In this document: positions 47,603 to 55,671 of the stretch, piece by piece
Numbering within the stretch: the stretch's first letter is position 1
Layout of the letters: each line of letters opens with the position of its first letter
Assembly (NCBI GenBank): GCA_965207675.1
Contig: CBDBMY010000010.1
Span: 745,000-808,999 of the forward strand
Direction of reading: 5' to 3'
Length of the DNA: 64,000 nucleotides
DNA from: Vicinamibacterales bacterium
GTDB taxonomy: Bacteria > Acidobacteriota > Vicinamibacteria > Vicinamibacterales > UBA8438
Made by a program: the position numbers and the translations under genes
The notes under the pieces: model-generated
Database searches by the model: none
Told to the model about the DNA's origin: nothing
The model's input: the letters and a program-made list of their open reading frames with translations, nothing else

Positions 47603-48850
47603 ATGGCCGCCATCCGGCCGTTGCTTCCGCGTTCGCTGGCGCCGTCCGTCCAGGAAGCCCTGGCGGATACCCCCGTCGTCTGCCTGCTCGGTCCGAGGCA
47701 GAGCGGAAAGACCACGCTGGCGCAGCACGTGGCGCCGGATCGCGCATTCGTCAGTCTCGACGAGCACAACTACCACCGGACCGCCGTGGAGGATCCGGCC
47801 GGATTCGTCGCGAGCCTGCCGCATGCGGTGACCCTGGACGAGGTGCAACGCGCCCCGGCGCTGCTCTCCGCCGTCAAGCGCACCGTCGATCGGGACCGCC
47901 GTCCCGGTCGTTTCCTGCTGACCGGCTCGGCCAATCTGCTGCTGGTGCCGACGGTCACCGAGTCGCTGGCCGGCAGGATGGAAATGGTGCAGCTGCAACC
48001 GCTCAGCGAATCGGAAAAGGCCCGCCGCCCCGGCCGTTTTCTGCAGGCCCTGCTGGAGGGCGCGTTCGAGCCGGGCATCGGCCCCGAGACCGATCCCGCC
48101 GAGCCGACACTGGCCGAGCGACTGGTGGCCGGCGGCTATCCCGAGCCTCTGGCGCGGTCGCCGCGGCGCGCACGCCAATGGCACCGCCAGTACCTGCGCG
48201 CCATCATCGAACGGGACGTCCGGGACGTGGCGCGGGTCAGGGACGCCGGTGATCTGGCCCGGCTGCTGGAGCTGCTCGCGCTGCGCAGCGCCGAGCTGCA
48301 CAACGCCAGCGCGCTGGCCGGGGATCTCGGCGTGCGGCGGGATACCATCGACCACCATGTCGCCGTGCTCGAACGGCTCTTTCTGGTGCGCCGCCTGCCG
48401 GCCTGGCGCCGGGATCAGGCCAGACGGCTCGTCACCGCCGCCAAGGTCCACCTGCTCGACAGCGGCCTCGCCGCGACGCTCGCGGGTCTGACGGCCGGCG
48501 ACTGGCTCGATCGGCGGGACCGCATGGGCCACCTGCTCGAGTCGTTCGTCGTCCAGCAACTGGTTGCGCAGGCCGGCTGGACGGACCCCGATCTGCGTTT
48601 CTGGCATTTTCGCGACAAGGATGGGGTGGAGGTCGACGTGGTGGTGACCCGCGGCCGGAAGACCTGGGGCATCGAGGTCAAGGCCGCCGCCGCCGTCACG
48701 TCGGGAGACGGACGCGGCCTCGTCCGGCTCGCAGAGCGTTGCGGCGACGACTTCGAGTCGGGGACGCTGCTCTACGCCGGGCGGGACGTGTTCCCCCTGC
48801 GTGACGAGCGCCTGCACGCCGTGCCGTTGAGCCGGCTGTGGGAAATGTAG
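47603..48850 (+). CDS. AAA_14-type ATPase with a C-terminal DUF4143 domain
   Basis: Walker A LLGPRQSGKTTLA, VTLDEVQRAP (Walker B-like), RFLLTGSANLL, then KVHLLDSGLA and a restriction-endonuclease-like tail typical of DUF4143 proteins. Confidence 0.8.
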   Translation: MAAIRPLLPRSLAPSVQEALADTPVVCLLGPRQSGKTTLAQHVAPDRAFVSLDEHNYHRTAVEDPAGFVASLPHAVTLDEVQRAPALLSAVKRTVDRDRRPGRFLLTGSANLLLVPTVTESLAGRMEMVQLQPLSESEKARRPGRFLQALLEGAFEPGIGPETDPAEPTLAERLVAGGYPEPLARSPRRARQWHRQYLRAIIERDVRDVARVRDAGDLARLLELLALRSAELHNASALAGDLGVRRDTIDHHVAVLERLFLVRRLPAWRRDQARRLVTAAKVHLLDSGLAATLAGLTAGDWLDRRDRMGHLLESFVVQQLVAQAGWTDPDLRFWHFRDKDGVEVDVVVTRGRKTWGIEVKAAAAVTSGDGRGLVRLAERCGDDFESGTLLYAGRDVFPLRDERLHAVPLSRLWEM

Positions 48851-49017
48851 CGTACGGATCGCAAGCCGACCGGGTGGGCGCACAAGGCCGTCGGAGGACG
48901 TTCGTCTGCCAGCTGATCGAGCGCGAGGACGCGGGCGATACGACTGACTCGACGGGCTCTGGGGCTTCCGCCGGCGGTTCGCAGGAAATCCGCTGGCGGT
49001 TTGCAGGAGAGTGAAGA

Positions 49018-49050
49018 GGGCCGGACGCAATGGCGCCCGGCCCTTTTTCT
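49018..49050 (+). terminator. Rho-independent terminator candidate
   Basis: GGGCCGG-(12-nt loop)-CCGGCCC followed by TTTTTCTT. Confidence 0.55.
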
Positions 49051-49076
49051 TCACGTGTCGCCGACGACAGCCGGGG

Positions 49077-52000
49077 CTAGAAGCCCCAGCGGATGCCGAA
49101 CTGCGCCTGCCGCGGGAAGCCGCTGCCCGCCCGCAGCCCGGTCAGCACGAGGAAGTTCCCGCGCATGTCACCGCTCGGGTTGTTGAAGTTGGCCCGGTTG
49201 GTGATGTTGAAGATGTCGAAGAAGACGTCGAGCGTCTGACGGTCGGCCCAGCGCGTCCGGTGGCCGAACCGGACGTCGAGCTGCAGGAAGTCGGGGCCGT
49301 ACGCGCCGTAGGGCCCGCCCGCGTAGTCGACGGCGATGGAGTCCTGTCCCGAGCCGGTGTAGCTGCCGGGGGACAGGAAGTCGGGGCCGATGCCGTTCTG
49401 GTCGAGGTCGAAGTTGCTGTCCTGCAGGTGGAACGGCTGGCCGCTCATGTAGCGCAGCACGCTGCTGAAGGTGATGCCGCCCATCACCGGGATCTCCGTC
49501 CGGCCGCTGACCGTGAAGTTGTGCCGGCGGTCGTACTGGCTCGGCCCCCAGAGGCAGTCGAGGTTGAGGGCGGCGCCGACCTGGCAGAAGTTGGTGTAGG
49601 TGAACCACAGGGAGTTGGTGTCCTTCTTCGCCAGGGCGTAGACGGCGCGGAAGCCCCAGTTGTCGGCGTAGCGCTTCTCCAGCTGGAAGTTCAGCGCGTT
49701 GTAGGTGCCGCTGCCGTTGCTGGTCGTGAAGCGGACGTCGCCGGCGTACCAGTCGTCGCCGTCCAGCGTGCCGGCCAGCACCCCGAACGCGTCCGACCGG
49801 GTGACAGGGTCGGTGCGGCCGGTGCCGGCCCGCAGGCGCGGGTTGAGGTTCTGCCGCATGTGGGTGTCGCGGTCGAGCTGCCGGACGTAGTCGACCGACG
49901 CCGAGAGCACCGGGGTCAGCTCGCGCTCGTAGCCGATCGTGAGCTGGTGCGAGTAGGGCTGCTCGCGGTAGGGGTTGTCGTACTCGATCGCGGCGGTGTT
50001 CAGGCGGCGGGACCCCGCCGGGAACAGCTCGTTCAGCACCTGCCGGTTCACCGTGGGGCACGCGCTGCCGTTCGGGTTCGCGGGGCAGCCTCCCGGCGTG
50101 ACCTCGATCAGGCGGAAGAGGTCGCCGCCGGGCGCCATGCCGTTCGAGGGACCGGGGTCGGCGGTGTCCTGCGGGAAGCTGGCGATGAACGAGTCGATGT
50201 ACGGCGTGTCCTCCCGGTAGTTGTTGACCGCGTATCCCAGGGTCTTGTCGTAGAAGATGCCGTAGCCGCCGCGCAGCACCGACCGGCCGTCGCCGGTGAG
50301 GTCGTAGGCGAAAGACGTGCGGGGCGCCCAGTTGTTGTAGTCGATGGGGTACGTCCGCCCGCCGAGGCCGGCCGGCGAGCCGATGCCCGGTCCGCCCAGG
50401 GCGGAGGGAACGCCGATGGCGTCGGGGCCGAAGAACGGGTTGTAGTCGTTGGCGATCGGGAAGATCTCGAGGTCGTAGCGGAATCCCGCGCTGATCGTCA
50501 GCCGGTCCGTCACCTGCCACTTGTCCTGCGCGAACGACTCCAGCGTGTGGAACTCCGAGGGGTACATCAACTGGCCGCCGACCCGGACGTGCAGCCGCTC
50601 GGGCCACGTGGAGAAGTCGCTCGCGCTGAACGGCATGTCGGAGTCGAAGATGAAGGTGCCGTTCTGATTGCCCTGGTCCCGCCACAGCATGTTGGTGCGG
50701 TGGTAGGTCGCGCCGAACTTCAGGTCGTGGTCGCCCATCCGGTCGGGCACGAACCACGAGAAGGTGTTCGAGTAGCTCCAGTGGTGGTCGCGGTTGCCGC
50801 GCGCGCTGTCGTGCGCGTTGTCCTGGAAGTTCCTGAAGTTGTACCGCGGCAGGCACTGCGACTGCAGGGTCGGGAAGTCGGCGTCGGAGGCGCCGAACCC
50901 GCCGAGGTCGCGCCAGCACGGATTGGCCCGCCACCACTGCTCGCGCGTCGCCGAGACGCGGAAGGTGTTGACCTGCGAGTTTCCGAGGACGCTGGTCCAG
51001 CTCCCGACGTAGGTCTGGTCGTTGTCGGTCTCGTCCTCCAGCGAGTTGAGGGTCGCCTGGCGGCCGCCGAGCAGGTCGAACTGGGGCGCGAGCTCGCGCA
51101 GCCAGCGGAACGCCCACGAGTTGCTGGCATTGACCTGGTGGTCGAAGCGGATCAGGGTGTTCCACGCCTCCCAGCTCTCGACCGTCGTGAAGTCCAGGTC
51201 GGGCCGGGTCGGGAACACCTTGGGCCGGCTCGGGGCGACGACCTGCCGCTCGAGGCTGAAGAAGAAGTGCGCCTGGTCGGGCACGATCGGCCCGCCGATC
51301 ACCCCTCCCCACTCCATCTTGCTGCTCGGCGCCTTTTCGAAACTCTCGTTGGCCGCCTCGAAGTAGTTGGGGCTCGTCAGCTTCTCGCTGGTGTAGTAGT
51401 CGAACGCGGCCCCCGTGAACGTGTTGGTGCCCTGCTTGGTGATCGAGTTGATGACGGCGCCGCGGGCCCGCCCGAACTCGGCGTCGAACTGGTTGGTCAG
51501 GACCTGGAACTCCTGCACCGACTCGAGGGGGACGCGGGTCTGGCCGCCCGCCCAGGTGCCGCTGTTGTCGTCGTTGTTGGCGGCGCCGTCCACCGACACG
51601 TTGTTCGTCCCCGGCGTCTGGCCGTTGGCGATCATGGTGTCGTTGCCGAGGCTCGACGACGGGTTGAACTGGATGCCCGGCAGCAGCGCGATGGCCGCGA
51701 AGTAGCTGCGGTTGCCGGTCGGCAGCTCGGTCAGGTCGCCGGTGTTGATGGTGCCCCCGACCTCGGACGAGGTGAGGTCGACGAGGGGCGCCGCCCCGGA
51801 CACGGTGATGGTCTCCTCGATGGCCCCGATCGTCATCACGATGTCGAGGTCGAGCGTCCGGCCCACGCCGATGGCGAAGTCGGGGCGCTCGAACGAGGCG
51901 AACCCCGGGAGCTGGGCGGTGACCCGGAACGTGCCGGGCAGCATCTGCCCCGCGAAGAAGCTCCCGTCCGCGCTCGAGACGACCTCGCGGAACGTGCCGG

Positions 52001-52160
52001 TATCCTGATTGGTGATCAGGATGCTGACGCCGGGCAGGGCGCCGCCCTGCTCGTCCGTCACCGAGCCGCGCAGCTCGGCGCGCCCCTGCTGGGCGTGGGT
52101 GGTGGCGCCCGCCGCGAACAGCAGGGCGACCGCGGCGAGAATGACCGTCGTTCGTCTCAT
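49077..52160 (-). CDS. TonB-dependent receptor with N-terminal carboxypeptidase-regulatory-like domain (Oar-like), intact
   Basis: MRRTTVILAAVALLFAAGATTHAQQ signal, then ELRGSVTDEQGGALPGVSILITNQDTGTF... and a C-terminal FPRQAQFGIRWGF. Confidence 0.85.
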   Translation of the reverse strand: MRRTTVILAAVALLFAAGATTHAQQGRAELRGSVTDEQGGALPGVSILITNQDTGTFREVVSSADGSFFAGQMLPGTFRVTAQLPGFASFERPDFAIGVGRTLDLDIVMTIGAIEETITVSGAAPLVDLTSSEVGGTINTGDLTELPTGNRSYFAAIALLPGIQFNPSSSLGNDTMIANGQTPGTNNVSVDGAANNDDNSGTWAGGQTRVPLESVQEFQVLTNQFDAEFGRARGAVINSITKQGTNTFTGAAFDYYTSEKLTSPNYFEAANESFEKAPSSKMEWGGVIGGPIVPDQAHFFFSLERQVVAPSRPKVFPTRPDLDFTTVESWEAWNTLIRFDHQVNASNSWAFRWLRELAPQFDLLGGRQATLNSLEDETDNDQTYVGSWTSVLGNSQVNTFRVSATREQWWRANPCWRDLGGFGASDADFPTLQSQCLPRYNFRNFQDNAHDSARGNRDHHWSYSNTFSWFVPDRMGDHDLKFGATYHRTNMLWRDQGNQNGTFIFDSDMPFSASDFSTWPERLHVRVGGQLMYPSEFHTLESFAQDKWQVTDRLTISAGFRYDLEIFPIANDYNPFFGPDAIGVPSALGGPGIGSPAGLGGRTYPIDYNNWAPRTSFAYDLTGDGRSVLRGGYGIFYDKTLGYAVNNYREDTPYIDSFIASFPQDTADPGPSNGMAPGGDLFRLIEVTPGGCPANPNGSACPTVNRQVLNELFPAGSRRLNTAAIEYDNPYREQPYSHQLTIGYERELTPVLSASVDYVRQLDRDTHMRQNLNPRLRAGTGRTDPVTRSDAFGVLAGTLDGDDWYAGDVRFTTSNGSGTYNALNFQLEKRYADNWGFRAVYALAKKDTNSLWFTYTNFCQVGAALNLDCLWGPSQYDRRHNFTVSGRTEIPVMGGITFSSVLRYMSGQPFHLQDSNFDLDQNGIGPDFLSPGSYTGSGQDSIAVDYAGGPYGAYGPDFLQLDVRFGHRTRWADRQTLDVFFDIFNITNRANFNNPSGDMRGNFLVLTGLRAGSGFPRQAQFGIRWGF

Positions 52161-52340
52161 GTGGGACCTCCCCTCGGTGAACGCGAATCGACGACTGCGA
52201 ACGGCAGGGCGCAGACGTAACCGCAGGAGCCGAGGGCCCTGCGTTTGCGAATCTGTCGTTCGGAAACAGTAATCATGCAAGGCGCGTGCCGGCCCTCGTC
52301 ATCCCCGCGGCGGGTGTGTTTCGGCCGTGTTCCAACAGGC

Positions 52341-52426
52341 TGGCCCGCCCCACGTCGTCGCCTTCGGCTTCGCTGGGCGCCCAACGAACCCTGCAGGAGT
52401 CCGCGCCGTTCTACGGCGCAGACTCC
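52341..52426. repeat. ~85-nt intergenic REP/MITE-like element, copy A
   Basis: TGGCCCGCCCCACGTCGTCGCCTTCGGCTTCGCTGGGCGCCCAACGAACCCTGCAGGAGTC...TTCTACGGCGCAGACTCC. Related copies lie at 53315-53396, 53397-53466 and, inverted, at 58474-58573. Confidence 0.6.
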
Positions 52427-52528
52427 CAGGGCGCCAGAAACGGCGGCACGACCGCCCATCCGGATCGAGCCCGGTCATTCACCATGTTGGTCTGGGACTC
52501 CAGTTTCTTGGATTGAATCCCCGACCGG

Positions 52529-52558
52529 TTGCGTACGGCTTTGCGGGCAGCGTACACT
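52529..52558 (+). promoter_or_regulatory. Putative promoter TTGCGT-N18-TACACT upstream of tRNA-Ser
   Basis: Spacing counted directly. The same architecture recurs at 54488-54517. Confidence 0.4.
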
Positions 52559-52739
52559 AGAAGGGCGTCCATACCAACCGCGCATGATCGCCGGCCGGCT
52601 CGGCAAGGGCGCGGGCGGATCGGTCGAGGTGCCAGATGAAACCCGACCGAGGAGCCGCGCGGGCGGGCGGTCGGACGGCGTGAAGAAGAGCGCCCCGTCC
52701 CGGGGTGCAGCCCACCGAGAGGTGGGTTCCGGTCCTTGC

Positions 52740-52830
52740 GGAGAGGTACCGAAGTGGTCGTAACGGGGGCGCCTCGAAAGCGTCTTGTCGGGTAACCGGC
52801 ACGTGGGTTCGAATCCCACCCTCTCCGCCA
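52740..52830 (+). tRNA. tRNA-Ser (anticodon CGA) with a long variable arm, CCA encoded
   Basis: Folded by hand: acceptor GGAGAGG/CCTCTCC, 3-bp D-stem, anticodon loop CTCGAAA, variable arm, T-arm GTGGGTTCGAATCCCAC. Confidence 0.9.
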
Positions 52831-52850
52831 CTCCTTCCTGGCAGAGACCC

Positions 52851-53279
52851 ATGACCAGATTCGCCCTGGCGTTCACGGTCGCCGGCCTGCTGGCCGCCTG
52901 CGCCGCCGAAGAGCCGGCCGGGCCGGAGCCCGCGGCAGTGAGGACGCTGCCCGGCCCTGGCGGCGTCGCGACCATACCCTTCACCTCGGTCCGCGTCTGG
53001 TTCAACGACGAGACCGATCCCGGGCAGAGCTCGCTCGCGCTGGAAGGCCCCGACGGCAGCATTTCGCTGGTCGGGGTTCATTCCATGGGCGAGGGTGACC
53101 TGATGGCGGCCGTCAGCGGGGCGACGTACCCGGGCGAGTACACTCTCACGTGGACGGCGGTGAGCACAGGCGGCGCGACCGCCACCGGCGACGTGCAGTT
53201 CACGGTGGCGTCGCCCGAGCCCGCGACGGACGAGCCCCCGGCCGGCGACGGGGCCCAGGTGCCGGGTGACCGGGACTGA
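52851..53279 (+). CDS. CopC-domain-like lipoprotein (canonical His ligands not evident)
   Basis: Lipobox LLAAC. The pattern VRVWFNDE...SSLALEGPDGSISL...YPGEYTLTWTAVSTGGATATGDVQFTV follows the CopC/YobA fold pattern. Confidence 0.55.
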   Translation: MTRFALAFTVAGLLAACAAEEPAGPEPAAVRTLPGPGGVATIPFTSVRVWFNDETDPGQSSLALEGPDGSISLVGVHSMGEGDLMAAVSGATYPGEYTLTWTAVSTGGATATGDVQFTVASPEPATDEPPAGDGAQVPGDRD

Positions 53280-53314
53280 GCCCGGCTGGCGCCTCCGGGT
53301 CCGGCCGCGGGTCC

Positions 53315-53466
53315 TGGCCCCGCCCATCGTCGCCTCTCGGTTCCGCCGGGCGCCCAACCATCCCTGCGGAGTCGGTGGTTCTACGGCGCAGACTCCTGGC
53401 CCCGCCCATTGTCGGCTGCGGCTTCGCTTGGCGCCCGGCCAACCGCCGTGCCACGGCGCAGACGCC
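53315..53466. repeat. Two adjacent copies (B and C) of the ~85-nt REP/MITE-like element
   Basis: See copy A. Both end in ACGGCGCAGAC(T/G)CC. Confidence 0.6.
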
Positions 53467-54167
53467 TAGAGCTCCAGCCGGCCGTTGAAGACCATGTCCT
53501 CGAGCTCGAACGTCCGCTCGATGCTCGCCTCGGCGATCTCCGTGACGAACTCGACCTCCTCGTCGGCGAGGGTGATCGCGTCGCCTCGGGGAAACAGGTA
53601 CAGGATGACGGCGCCGTTGCCTTCCGGCTCCGCGGCGGCCTCGATGGGCAGGATGGGCCGCTTCCCGGGGCGCTCCAGGCGCGCCCCGGCCATGAGCGCG
53701 GCGGGGTCGAGCCGCGCGAAGGGGCGGGGCAGGCCGGCGACGACGATGAAGTAGCCGGTCGGGCGCTGGGCCAGGAGCTGGCGCCCCGCCGAATCGAGGG
53801 CGCTTCCCTCGCCGATCCGGCCGCGGACGATGGCCTGCCGCATCGGCAGCGCGCTGCGCCACTGCACGACGAGCCGGCTCTGCCGGGCCGGGCCGAACCC
53901 GTCGCCGCCTCCGAAGCCGCGGCCCCCGCGGCCGCCACCGCCCACCCCGCCGATCCCCCCCGCGACAGGGTTCCGGTCGTTGAGGGCCGTCTGCGGCGCC
54001 CGCGGGAACACCACGGTGATGCGCTTGGCCCACGGCGAGTTGGTCACCATGCGCTGGACGTCCCGGTCGGACCAGTCGGTGAACTCCTTCTCGTCCCAGA
54101 AGTCCGCCGCCAGTACCGCGCAGGCCGCCAGCCAGACGATCGCGATCGAGCCGTGCCGTCGTCTCAT
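53466..54167 (-). CDS. Secreted hypothetical protein with an internal Gly/Arg-rich patch
   Basis: Signal MRRRHGSIAIVWLAACAVLAA, WDEKEFTDWSDRDVQRMVTNSPWAKR, then GGIGGVGGGGRGGRGFGGGDGFG. Confidence 0.6.
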   Translation of the reverse strand: MRRRHGSIAIVWLAACAVLAADFWDEKEFTDWSDRDVQRMVTNSPWAKRITVVFPRAPQTALNDRNPVAGGIGGVGGGGRGGRGFGGGDGFGPARQSRLVVQWRSALPMRQAIVRGRIGEGSALDSAGRQLLAQRPTGYFIVVAGLPRPFARLDPAALMAGARLERPGKRPILPIEAAAEPEGNGAVILYLFPRGDAITLADEEVEFVTEIAEASIERTFELEDMVFNGRLEL

Positions 54168-54487
54168 GTTGCACCTTCCCTTCCAAGACGCAGCCGCACG
54201 ACGTACGGGGAGGCAGTCCCCGCCGCCGGAAACGGTACCTCGGCAAGCCGCGTGCCGGCAACAGTCGCCGTCGCGACGGGTGTGTTCGGCCGTGTTGCAC
54301 GGCTCTGGCACGAGCGGTCGCGGCGTGGCCGCCCCTCAAGGCAGCGTCCTCGTTCGGCATGTCGATACAGCGAATCCGACCTGATCGGGGGGACGCATGG
54401 CTCCGGGGGACCTCCAGGTCTGGAGGCGCAGAGGCAAGGTGCCGCGATCGGCGGCAATCAGTCAACCTGGGTCAGATCCCGGGCCGG

Positions 54488-54517
54488 TTGCGAACGGGCT
54501 GGCCGGCAACGTACACT
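54488..54517 (+). promoter_or_regulatory. Duplicate promoter-like element TTGCGA-N18-TACACT
   Basis: Same spacing and -10 hexamer as 52529-52558. Confidence 0.35.
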
Positions 54518-54728
54518 GAACGGCGCTAGTACCGACCGTGCGGTGGTCGCGTCCGGCCCGGCAGGCGCAAGCAGGTGGCTTGAGACGCCGGCCGAGTTCG
54601 ACCGTCGCCGCGCGGGTGGCCGTCAACGGTAGATCGGGCTTGGCCCGGCCCCGGCTCGTCGGCCCGTCAGCGTGAAGAAGGGCGCCCCGCCCGGGGCGCA
54701 GCCCGCCCGAGGCGGGTCCGTCCTGTGC

Positions 54729-54820
54729 GGAGAGGTACCGAAGTGGTCGTGACGGGGGCGCCTCGGAGGCGTCTTGTCCGGTAATCGGCACGTGGGTTCG
54801 CATCCCATCCTCCTCCGCCA
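54729..54820 (+). pseudogene. Degenerate duplicate of tRNA-Ser (anticodon position reads CGG; T-loop and acceptor stem damaged)
   Basis: Collinear with 52740-52830. Differences are anticodon loop CTCGGAG, T-loop TTCGCAT, and a 3-prime acceptor strand CCTCCTCC that no longer pairs with GGAGAGG. Confidence 0.65.
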
Positions 54821-54911
54821 TTGTCTCGTCGCAAGGCATCGAGGTGCGGCGGCCGCATCGTTCACGACAACACACGAATGACGATGCGGGCCGTGCCGGG
54901 GAGTAGAGAGC

Positions 54912-55562
54912 ATGCGTATGTCGGTGAAGGGAAAGAGTGTTCGGTTGTTCGGCGTCGTCGCGGTGGTTGCGGCGGCGGCCGTCATGGCGGGCGACGCGGC
55001 GGCGCAGAACCGGGCGCTCAGCACGCGCGGGCACACGGCCACGCAGATCGCGGGCAGCTACAACGCCGAGGGTCGCTACGAGGGGGGCCGCTGGATCGAC
55101 ATCCACTATGGCCGGCCCATCCTGCGCGGCAGGCAGGGCATCTTCGGCGGCGGCGGGGAGTACGGCCAGCGCATCTACGCCGGGGCGCCGCTCTGGCGGG
55201 TCGGCGCGGACCAGACGACCACCTTCACCACCGAGGCGGACCTCCTCATCGGTGGGCAGCGGCTCGCCGCCGGGGAATACACCATGTTCGCCGACCTGGC
55301 GGATCCGTCGGCGTGGACGCTGATCTTCGCCACGTGGGGCGTCAAGCAGACCTTCGGGGACGACGACCCGAATACGCTGTGGGGCGCCTACGGCTACGAC
55401 GACAGCAGGGACGTCATGCGCACGGTCATGTCGGTGGAGACCGCCGGCCGGTCCCTGGACCAGTTGCAGATCGGGTTCCTCGACATGACCCGGCAGGGCG
55501 GCACGATGTACGTGCACTGGGACGACCAGTTGGCGACCGTGTCGATCGAGCTGGCCGACTAG
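54912..55562 (+). CDS. DUF2911 domain-containing secreted protein
   Basis: Signal peptide, then IHYGRPILRGRQGIFGG...APLWRVGADQTTTFTTEADLLIGGQRLAAGEYTMF...WTLIF, matching the DUF2911 pattern. Confidence 0.75.
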   Translation: MRMSVKGKSVRLFGVVAVVAAAAVMAGDAAAQNRALSTRGHTATQIAGSYNAEGRYEGGRWIDIHYGRPILRGRQGIFGGGGEYGQRIYAGAPLWRVGADQTTTFTTEADLLIGGQRLAAGEYTMFADLADPSAWTLIFATWGVKQTFGDDDPNTLWGAYGYDDSRDVMRTVMSVETAGRSLDQLQIGFLDMTRQGGTMYVHWDDQLATVSIELAD

Positions 55563-55671
55563 CGCTGCGTCATGACTGAAATGTGCGGGCATGGGTGCTG
55601 TGATTCGTCAACGACCGCACGCTGCAGACCCATGCCCGTATCCGAAGACCGGTACGTGACGCACAACTAGA

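Noticed and set aside
52560-52739. SRP (4.5S) RNA, 6S RNA or another known ncRNA upstream of tRNA-Ser
   Set aside because: I could not find the GGAA-tetraloop/AGCAGCC helix-8 motif of SRP RNA or 6S-like end pairing. Only two conserved hairpins are evident, so it is reported as an unassigned structured leader.
52830-54729. Integrated genomic island bounded by tRNA-Ser direct repeats
   Set aside because: No integrase, excisionase or mobility gene is present. The repeats include the whole tRNA with its promoter and leader and have diverged, which fits an old segmental duplication better than att sites.
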